Assembly (NCBI GenBank): GCA_026396515.1
Contig: JAPLWQ010000001.1
Span: forward strand, 64,564-128,563
Origin: Candidatus Magasanikiibacteriota bacterium
GTDB taxonomy: Bacteria > Patescibacteriota > Patescibacteriia > Magasanikbacterales > GWA2-37-8
Length of the DNA stretch: 64,000 nt
Reading direction: 5' to 3'
Shown: one piece after another, positions 57,901 through 64,000 of the stretch
Layout of the letters: each line of letters opens with the position of its first letter
Position numbering within the stretch: the stretch's first letter is position 1
Position numbers and translations under genes: made by a program
The notes under the pieces: model-generated
The model's database searches: none
Told to the model about the DNA's origin: nothing
Seen by the model: the letters and a program-made list of their open reading frames with translations, nothing else

Positions 57901-60900
57901 TCGCCATTGGCGCGTTAAATAGTGCTACAGCCGATTGGTCGGCCGCACTAGGCGGAAATTCCAATTATGCTTCAGGCACATATGCAACAGTTATTGGTGG
58001 TCTTAGTAATATTGCTGGCGGTCAATATTCAGTAGCCGGAGGTTGGATTTCCCAAGCTACTGGTTTTGGATCGGTGGCAATCGGGATAGGCAATAGCGCT
58101 ACGGGTAATCGTTCATATGCTTTTGGGTCAGGTATGACGGTTTCCGGAGTAGAATCATTTGGCATAAATATTAACAGTATTGCAAATCAAAGCATGTCTC
58201 AATCCCACGCCTTCGTTATCGTTGGCGGTAATGTTGGTGTTGGCACAGTTGCCCCCGGTTATTCACTGACAGTTGCCGGTGATTTTGCCGCTACGGGCAC
58301 TATTAGAGTGGGCGATACAATGTCTGCCGGTACATATGGCCAAGTTCTGATGTCCACTGCCACCAGCGCACAGTGGATTTCTACATCGTCGCTTGGCCTC
58401 GGCAATGTATCCGGCACCGGTTTAGCCAATCACGTTTCATACTGGAGCAGCGCCACCAGCCAAACATATGACAGCGACGGAAAATTTTATTGGGATTCGA
58501 CAAATAATCGTCTTGGTATTGGTACGACGGCACCGACGGAAACATTGGCAATATATAATCCTGTGGGTTCAAATTCAAGCTTGTCCTTGGCTGATGGAGA
58601 TGTCGCACACGGCGTAACAACATTGGCAGGCACAAATATTTGGCTATTGGCAAATGAGCACTCTGCGGATAAAGGCGGAGCACAATTAACAGGTTTTTCT
58701 GATGCGTCAGATAATCCAGCGTTTGAAATTAAAGGTGTGAACGTTTCCGACCCGGACAATAATATTCCAGCAATTATTTTTGATGGATATAGTGCTAATG
58801 GAACTGGGGTTAAGGCCGTGGGAGCGACCAAGACAGTATTGCAAATACAAAATAATGGTTCTGCTCTGTTCAGTTTATTAGGAAACGGCAACGTCGGCAT
58901 CGGTACAACCTCTCCAAGCTATTCCTTAACGATTGCCGGAAATATTGCTGTCACTGGTACGATTAGAGTGGGTAATACTCTGGATGCGGGAATATATGGT
59001 CAGATGCTTATGTCTACTGCCACCAGCGCACAGTGGGTTTCAACTTCTTCCCTTGGTTTTGCTTCTTCTTCCGGTTCAAACAATTATATTCAAAATCAAA
59101 ATTCAGCTGACCAGGTTGCGAATTTTAGAATCGGCGGTATTGGCACGATGAGTACAACGACCATTGGCACCACTACTTCTCAATTTGCTTTGACAATTGG
59201 CGGAGACGGAGGTATTTACGCGTTTGGCCCCGGTGTTGGAGATGACACCGTAGGAACATCGCTCACTGAATCCGGTGCCGGCACTAAAATGCTCTGGTAC
59301 CCGCGCAAGGCGGCTTTCCGTGCCGGGTATGTTAACGGTGCGCAATGGGACGATGCATATATTGGTAATTATTCGGTTGCATTCGGCAGTGGGAACATAG
59401 CATCCGCTACCTACTCATATGTTGCCGGTGTTGGAAATATTGTCTCCGGTTCAGGATCTACTATTGCCGGAGGTAATACCAATTGGAATTCTGGCGGTTC
59501 TGCGTTTATCGGCGCAGGTTTTAACAATGATGTTTATCAAGCAAACTATGCGTTCATCGGAGCCGGCGTGATGAATACTGTGCGTGGCTCCGAATCATTT
59601 GTTGGCGCCGGAAGCCTTAACAACGCTATAGGCATTGAATCGTTCGTCGGCGGTGGGTGGGCCAACAGTGCTCTTGCGGACAACTCATTCGTCGGCGGCG
59701 GCACGAGCAATATTGCGTCCGGCACATATTCATTCGTCGGCGGCGGTATTATGAACAGGGCGGAGGGCATATTTTCCGCTATTGCCGGCGGTAATCAGAA
59801 TCAAGCCCTGGGCAATTATTCATTCGTCGGTGGTGGTAATTTAAATATAGCTTCCGGCATAAACTCAACCGCCTTGGGGCGCAGCATGCAAGTTTCAGGA
59901 AATTATTCTTTTGGTGTTAACGTCTCCACGACGGTTGCTTTACTTTCTCAAGATAACACCATTGCCTTAATGGGCGGCAATGTTGGTATAGGCACCACTA
60001 CCCCGGAGTTTTCCTTAGCTGTTGGTGGAGATGGCGGCATTCTTGCTGTTGGTCCAGGGCTTGGCGATAATACAGAAGGTACTATTCTCACAACATCAGG
60101 CACTGGCACTCGCATGATCTGGTATCCGCGAAAAGGCGCCTTTAGAGCCGGAACAGTCACAGGAACGCATTGGGATGATGGAAATATTGGAAGCTTTTCT
60201 TTTGCTTCCGGGTTAAATAATATTGCTTCCGGGGATTTATCATTTGTCGCCGGCGGTATGGAAAATACAGCTGCCGGCATGGGTGCTTTTGTGACGGGCA
60301 TCGGGAATACAGTAAATGGTTCAATGGCAACCGCTTTCGGTGGCATGAATACGGTTGATGGAATCCTCGGTATTGCTTTCGGTGGAATGAATACTGTTTC
60401 CGGTAATGCCAGTCTCGCGATGGGTGTGTATAACGTAGCCAGTGCTATGGGTTCAGTGACTGTTGGCGCATATAATACATCTTCAGCTTCAGGAGGTATC
60501 GCCTTAGGAGCATACAATTCTGTTAACGCGACTCAGGGTACCGCGCTAGGTTATTACAATGAGATTAATGACGTTGGCGGAATCGCTTTTGGTAATCTTA
60601 ATACTATAAATGGGACCATGTCCGTTGCGATTGGTTCAAATTTGACTATCAACGGTGATCAGTCCTTTGGTTTAAATATTGATGGGGCCACCCCGTATAT
60701 TATTGATCAGGATTATGTTATCGCTTTTCTTGGTGGCGATGTCGGCATTGGCACAACTACTCCTTCGACTAAATTACACATCGCCGGCACTACTACGGCG
60801 CAAAATATTATTCCGGACGGTCCGTACACCGGCAATATGAGCGCCTACAATCTCGGTACCTCCGCCGCCCGCTGGAATTCTATTTGGACCGGTACGACAA

Positions 60901-63900
60901 ACATTGGCACGAACACCTGGTCGCTTACCACAAAGGATGACGGACGGTTTGGAATATTTGACCAGCCCGGCGGGGCTGGCAGTGAACGGATGACACTTGC
61001 CATGAATGGCAATATTGGTGTGGGTACCACTACACCGTCGGCAAAAATTCATGTGGTTACCGGTCCGGGTGGGTTGATCACTGTCGGTACCCCGTCAAAT
61101 TTGCAGATGGCTTCGAGCACCGGGGGAAAAAGGTATTACGGTACCCTCGGGGGACCGTGGACTCACAATGCGCGAGTTTACGCGTACAAAGACACCATGT
61201 CGGGCAGGGTATATTCTTCTTCTTATGCGACACTTGGGAGTGATTGGACAGATGATGGGTCGGTAAGCTACGACCTTGAATGGACATGGGATCCTGTTTC
61301 AGGAGCCGACGGCTATCGCGTATTAAAATCTGACGATTTTAATGAATTTGTTTATGATTACTATGCAGACGTTGGTACCAACTCTTTGTCGGATAACGGA
61401 GACACTCCTTGGTCCTGGCCGGTTGTTGTGACGCCGACTTCAGCATATGACTATTCCGGTGCGATGCGGCTTGGTGCGGATTCCTCAAATTATGTTGATT
61501 TCAAAGTAGGTAATGATTCAGGGTTGGGAATCTTTAACAGCACTGGTAGTGGTATTATCCACATGACTGCCAACGGCAATGTCGGTATCGCAAAAACCAA
61601 CCCTGATTATACACTTGATGTGAACGGTACGGTGAATATTCCGCAAACGAACGGCACGACAACAGGAGTTATTTATATGGATGGTGTGCGGTTTATCTCA
61701 TCACCTCACGCCAACACATGGGACGAATATAATGTTTTTGTCGGACAGAATTCCGGGAATGTTACTGCTACCGGCGACAGCAATGTGGCTATCGGCGATA
61801 GAGCCATGATGTCTCTTAGTGGTGGAAGGTGGAATACAGCTGTCGGAGGCTACGCCATGTATTCCAACACCACCGGCCAATTCAACACCGCCATTGGAAA
61901 CCGTGCGTTGGTTAATAATACTGACGGCGGAATGAATACTGCCATGGGCGGCTACGCACTGAGAGACAATATTTCAGGAGAAGCCAATGTAGCTGTCGGT
62001 TACAATGCATTATCCTGGAATTTGGCCGACAACAATACCGCTGTAGGTCTGGAGGCACTGCAGCAAAATACAACTGGTTATCAAAATACCGCTGTTGGCG
62101 GCAGTGCGCTTTCAAGAAATGTAACCGGGTATTTCAATACTGCTGTGGGTCAGACCTCCGGATTTTATAATGTTGCGGCAATAAATACTACTTTTATAGG
62201 TTATGCTGCGGGTTTTGGTGCGGGAGGAGATTATTCCGCGGGAGAAGTCACTGCTATCGGCACGGAATCTTTATACAACATCCGTACAGGAGCGGAGGAT
62301 AATACCGCCCTTGGTTATCGCGCAGGTTACGCTGTCACTACTGGCGCGAATAATATTTTGTTAGGCTATCAGGCCGCCGACAACTTAACCGTCGGTTCAA
62401 ACAACATCGTAATTGGGTATAATATTGATGCCCGGGCGGTCGGGTCGGCAAATACACTTAATATTGGCAATCTTTTATTCGGCACCGGCATCAACGGCAC
62501 CGGCACCACATTAAGCACCGGCAATATCGGTATTGGTATTGCAACGCCGACAGAAAAAATGGATATCGACGGCAGTATCAATATTTCGGCCGGAAATTAT
62601 TATAAATACAATGGCGCAAATTTTGCCATGGCCTCAACCACACGCAATAACTTTTTTTCAGGCGGGGCAGGTAATTTGACAATGACGGGCTATTTAAACA
62701 CCGCCATGGGTGAGGGGGCGCTCGCTTCCAATATGAGCGGTGAGGGCAACACTGCTAACGGTCAAACAGCTCTTTATGCCAATGACACCGGCTCATACAA
62801 TACTGCAAATGGCATGTGGGCGCTCCGTTGGAATACCTCGGGGAGTTTGAATGTGGCTGAAGGCGCTTATTCCTTGTATTCTAATATTTCAGGCGGCAAC
62901 AATATCGGCGTCGGTTTTCAAACCTTGTTTCATAATACTTCTGGTTCCAATAATAGCGCGATCGGTAACTCTGCCCTTTTTGATAATTCGACTGGCTACA
63001 GTAATCTTGCCTTCGGCTTTCAGGCGCTTCAACACAACACTGTTGGCTCAGGCAATACTGCAATCGGCTACTTTGCCGGCGTCGGGAATGCAACTAACAC
63101 GCCGACGTATTTGGACATTGGCTCCACTTTCATCGGTCATATGGCTTCCCGCGATCCTTCGGTTCCCACTTCCACCCCGCTTTACAATGCCACGGCCATC
63201 GGTAACAACGCCAAGGTCGGAGCGAGCAATTCACTTGTTCTCGGTGGCACTGGGGCTGATGCGGTGAAGGTCGGTATCGGCACATCAACTCCTTTGTTTA
63301 CACTCACAGTTGAGGGCGGCGTTTACGCTTCCGGAACATTTGGCGCTGGTGAGACGCTTTCTTATGGCGGCGCCGGCACGCGCATGCTTTGGTATCCGCG
63401 CAAGTCGGCTTTTCGAGTTGGAACGGTTGGCTATTTGCAAAACAGCGATGCATGGGATGACTCAAGAATTGGAGCTTTCTCATTTGTAGCTGGCTTAGAC
63501 AGCGTAGCCTCGAACGCAGCTTCGGTTGCGTTCGGTTATAACAACTTTTCAACTGGTCCGGCTTCATTTGTCGGAGGAGCGAACTCCACTTCAAGCGCCT
63601 CCACCTCGTTTGCCTATGGCAATGGCGTAGTAGCATCAGGGAACAGGTCTTTTGCGATTGGAAATAATACTTTGGCTTCAGGGAGCAATTCGTTTGCGGG
63701 CGGAATGGAAGGAACCATCGCCAGCGGAGAGAATTCTTTTGCCTTTGGTAATTCTGTTGTAACATCAGCAAGTAATACCTGGGCGGGCGGTATGTTCTCA
63801 ACTTCAAGCGGGGGAAATAGTTTGGCGTTCGGCAATGGTGTTGATGTTTCCGGGATAAATTCCGTGGGTTTCGGCATGGATACGAAAGTATCGGGCGGAG

Positions 63901-64000
63901 GTTCTTTCGCCTTCGGAAATCAATTTACAACGGCCGCGGGTGACAGTTCAATGGCAGGCGGTATTCGCTCGTATGCGGGTGGTCTTTCATCTTTTGCCCT
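51978..64000 (+). CDS. second giant tail-fibre-like repeat protein, paralog of 39893..49825; 3' end beyond the window (>4000 aa)
   Basis: Frame 0 is open from 51978 to the window end. Verified in frame at ~60000 (TTPEFSLAVGGDGGILAVGPG) and through modules shared with giant 1. The N-terminal 270 aa are ~85% identical to giant 1. Contains an LVIVD-repeat-like beta-propeller region (~54350-55330) and the same Hep/Hag-like repeats. It is absent from the ORF track only because no stop occurs within the window. Confidence 0.75.
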   Translation, partial: MNFVSEKVAKKMTSHKAVILKLFGSFCLFAGFISLALSAQGAQPPQIITYQGKLLIGGSPASTTQNMYFVLYDAPTGGTPLYTASGTLVVTSSIAVTPVSGLFTVNLGDTGTNALDSKMFQNNSALYIEVRIGSEILTPRKRISSAPYAFNSKYLDGVAPSTNTNTTHIPVSDSSGNFNFNNVTSTAAYVGGILSVVGNSYFGNIASGTWSGTAIGASRGGTGADSSGWTGFAYVSGGAWTSTTSIPAGSLPSNIMLEGENISLLNNDAGYITSTLSYVETDPIWSAVSTSLTVSNFATNTISQWYNNAGYITDGNTNWDNSYGFITSSSADNLTNKTGLISMWTNNVGYITNTLSYVETDPIWMAASSSYSLITHNHYGVYASSTHYHTSTTISDLVVADFATPNISQWTNDSGYVTSSYVPTGMVSGTGSNGQVSFWTGANSVSGSSTFVWNNTNGRLSIGTSTTAYKLWVEAGANDGMVLTRGGVPMAALATGAAANGVLQLYNSSGTLATQLGTGALEMMNFSGVTTTRFSSAGSSYVTGGRFGSGTSSLDAQIVIQPHEFGMANVFKIYDWNGLPILNVLQNGNFGILDDTPAAALTVGSGDLFQVNSSGNIIRINNVAYSWPSFNNSTSSILLNDGSGNLSWATSSQFGGSGTSTSPGGSNMAIQFNDAGAFGGTSTFVWDNSTGRLGIGTSTPQTLFQVAGVATMQNIIPDGPYTGNMSAYNLGASTTRWNSIWTGTTNIGTNTWSLTTGADGRLGIFDQSNGGGNELISFATNGNVGIGTVATSTRFYIDNPQSGLELINYTGLPQNINNIRVTNDKAYYIAWESGLGRYYIGISDVSVQSAPALISTTTPAYPVLASGGEEFAADGNNVYIGVRDDVAGTTSVYIYDVTTPASPSHVGTIGAGTSTIDEMDVRGNNLYIATSDVGGAMLSVYNISVPSSPSFTTSTALMDAARQMSVDDNFAYVGENSQLEIFTLANLANKTNIPSASSRFSDVKRSGDYLFAVEEGYGVRFFNVTNEMTPVELNSGSPFISSYGEVYRFVIDGTIVYSTIRDEGVEAFDITSSTDWSSLAFFAYEYTLPHIDVDADHYIYADAPKYTGILKLNVVTGAKPYAAIFSGGNVGIGTTAPTKALTVVGSIEASRGIYLQSAVPGDTTNALYNDGSTLYWNGAPVVASTLPGGSYGNIQYNDGAGGFAGLGGSLLIGDSMYVGMGNDTNYQWWTGEVAAIGGAANTINSSYSAIIGGMSNTVGLNDGTFNGLRGARSVVIGGSGNIAGNSSTYPFGYADAAVVGGISNQARGERSFIGGGAHNNAMGVNSYAFGYGMTVYGNYSFGINVNSSSLPILSQNNSIALLGGNVGIGNNAPSYQLDVNGDINLNGDLRVSGTAGSMGQILQATGFGMQWVSTNTLGITDTTSTPGGSNMSVQFNSANTFGGTSTFVWNNTNGRLGIGTSTPVTALSIIAPTGNSGMQIANTSGQAVFAAGTHAMDTSAGIMAIYYNNSAYSYLSATSTLTPYALSLASGVFAVEHDGNLNKIRGISYYWPTSAATNSFLYYNNSGVLSWETTSSLGIGGGVTGSGTSTQVAFWSGANSLSSSSSLYWDNTNGRLGINNSAPEFALTLGNDGGIIAAGTAGSGATLASAGAGTRMIWYPRKAAFRAGYVNNTQWDDVNIGAYSFAGGNQVRASGQGSTAFGTASIASGNGSFAAGDFASASGEYAFAGGEGTIASGKSSVALGNFTVASNNYSVALGNYTVANSTGAFSAGNYNTSSANYASTLGSYNTAAGNSSLALGLGNYVNTSGLYGAVAMGSSSYVNAQTAMAFGRNVTTTGNNSIAMGQYLTVSGVGSFGLSVSSTLNPTISNNNVIALMGGNVGIANTGPTVALNVGALTGSAADGGIIARGNLGSGSILDSTNLPAASGAYMIWNPRKGAFRATTESSVTYLRDGYVGISSVAMGNNVIASGTASVAIGALNSATADWSAALGGNSNYASGTYATVIGGLSNIAGGQYSVAGGWISQATGFGSVAIGIGNSATGNRSYAFGSGMTVSGVESFGININSIANQSMSQSHAFVIVGGNVGVGTVAPGYSLTVAGDFAATGTIRVGDTMSAGTYGQVLMSTATSAQWISTSSLGLGNVSGTGLANHVSYWSSATSQTYDSDGKFYWDSTNNRLGIGTTAPTETLAIYNPVGSNSSLSLADGDVAHGVTTLAGTNIWLLANEHSADKGGAQLTGFSDASDNPAFEIKGVNVSDPDNNIPAIIFDGYSANGTGVKAVGATKTVLQIQNNGSALFSLLGNGNVGIGTTSPSYSLTIAGNIAVTGTIRVGNTLDAGIYGQMLMSTATSAQWVSTSSLGFASSSGSNNYIQNQNSADQVANFRIGGIGTMSTTTIGTTTSQFALTIGGDGGIYAFGPGVGDDTVGTSLTESGAGTKMLWYPRKAAFRAGYVNGAQWDDAYIGNYSVAFGSGNIASATYSYVAGVGNIVSGSGSTIAGGNTNWNSGGSAFIGAGFNNDVYQANYAFIGAGVMNTVRGSESFVGAGSLNNAIGIESFVGGGWANSALADNSFVGGGTSNIASGTYSFVGGGIMNRAEGIFSAIAGGNQNQALGNYSFVGGGNLNIASGINSTALGRSMQVSGNYSFGVNVSTTVALLSQDNTIALMGGNVGIGTTTPEFSLAVGGDGGILAVGPGLGDNTEGTILTTSGTGTRMIWYPRKGAFRAGTVTGTHWDDGNIGSFSFASGLNNIASGDLSFVAGGMENTAAGMGAFVTGIGNTVNGSMATAFGGMNTVDGILGIAFGGMNTVSGNASLAMGVYNVASAMGSVTVGAYNTSSASGGIALGAYNSVNATQGTALGYYNEINDVGGIAFGNLNTINGTMSVAIGSNLTINGDQSFGLNIDGATPYIIDQDYVIAFLGGDVGIGTTTPSTKLHIAGTTTAQNIIPDGPYTGNMSAYNLGTSAARWNSIWTGTTNIGTNTWSLTTKDDGRFGIFDQPGGAGSERMTLAMNGNIGVGTTTPSAKIHVVTGPGGLITVGTPSNLQMASSTGGKRYYGTLGGPWTHNARVYAYKDTMSGRVYSSSYATLGSDWTDDGSVSYDLEWTWDPVSGADGYRVLKSDDFNEFVYDYYADVGTNSLSDNGDTPWSWPVVVTPTSAYDYSGAMRLGADSSNYVDFKVGNDSGLGIFNSTGSGIIHMTANGNVGIAKTNPDYTLDVNGTVNIPQTNGTTTGVIYMDGVRFISSPHANTWDEYNVFVGQNSGNVTATGDSNVAIGDRAMMSLSGGRWNTAVGGYAMYSNTTGQFNTAIGNRALVNNTDGGMNTAMGGYALRDNISGEANVAVGYNALSWNLADNNTAVGLEALQQNTTGYQNTAVGGSALSRNVTGYFNTAVGQTSGFYNVAAINTTFIGYAAGFGAGGDYSAGEVTAIGTESLYNIRTGAEDNTALGYRAGYAVTTGANNILLGYQAADNLTVGSNNIVIGYNIDARAVGSANTLNIGNLLFGTGINGTGTTLSTGNIGIGIATPTEKMDIDGSINISAGNYYKYNGANFAMASTTRNNFFSGGAGNLTMTGYLNTAMGEGALASNMSGEGNTANGQTALYANDTGSYNTANGMWALRWNTSGSLNVAEGAYSLYSNISGGNNIGVGFQTLFHNTSGSNNSAIGNSALFDNSTGYSNLAFGFQALQHNTVGSGNTAIGYFAGVGNATNTPTYLDIGSTFIGHMASRDPSVPTSTPLYNATAIGNNAKVGASNSLVLGGTGADAVKVGIGTSTPLFTLTVEGGVYASGTFGAGETLSYGGAGTRMLWYPRKSAFRVGTVGYLQNSDAWDDSRIGAFSFVAGLDSVASNAASVAFGYNNFSTGPASFVGGANSTSSASTSFAYGNGVVASGNRSFAIGNNTLASGSNSFAGGMEGTIASGENSFAFGNSVVTSASNTWAGGMFSTSSGGNSLAFGNGVDVSGINSVGFGMDTKVSGGGSFAFGNQFTTAAGDSSMAGGIRSYAGGLSSFA

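Noticed and set aside
40336-63877. Dozens of 60-190 aa ORFs on the minus strand and in other + frames within the two giant genes (e.g. 57386..57823, 59948..60517, 63304..63807)
   Set aside because: The repeat-rich, stop-poor sequence of the giant genes generates long shadow ORFs. Their translations are low-complexity Pro/Ala-rich. The giant frame is continuous and carries domain signatures.

Overview
Most probably a chromosomal segment from a small-genome bacterium, possibly CPR/Patescibacteria. This is inferred from the archaeal-type ProRS, the absence of Shine-Dalgarno motifs on core genes and two giant tail-fibre-like surface proteins, and cannot be proven from the sequence alone. Core genes, at about 45% GC, are Prs-like, L-threonine dehydrogenase, an ECF sigma/anti-sigma pair, two HU copies, ProRS, RNase Y, TruB, IF-2, thioredoxin, tRNA-Met(CAT) and tRNA-Glu(TTC). 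The window is a mosaic of the following parts. (i) A high-GC islet at 0.9-4.8 kb carries a strong-SD HTH gene plus a MORC-like GHKL ATPase gene. (ii) A cassette-array-like stretch at 10.5-19.5 kb is punctuated by six same-orientation copies of a 60-190 bp element, each a bidirectional hairpin terminator plus a conserved ~140-nt module. It includes high-GC cassettes whose 5' leaders and 3' flanks are duplicated. (iii) An AT-rich (~33% GC) island up to 32.2 kb ends at tRNA-Glu next to a large serine recombinase. It carries two membrane-anchored coiled-coil Mrr-type nucleases, a DUF559 endonuclease, an HExxH protease, lipoprotein paralogs and a primase-like P-loop ATPase. (iv) Two tandem paralogous giant genes (3318 aa and >4000 aa, the latter truncated by the window end) have conserved promoter/5' regions, Hep/Hag-like repeats and an internal endosialidase-type chaperone domain. 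A high-GC Asp/Thr-repeat DUF1566 lipoprotein gene lies between them. No CRISPR arrays or rRNA genes were found.
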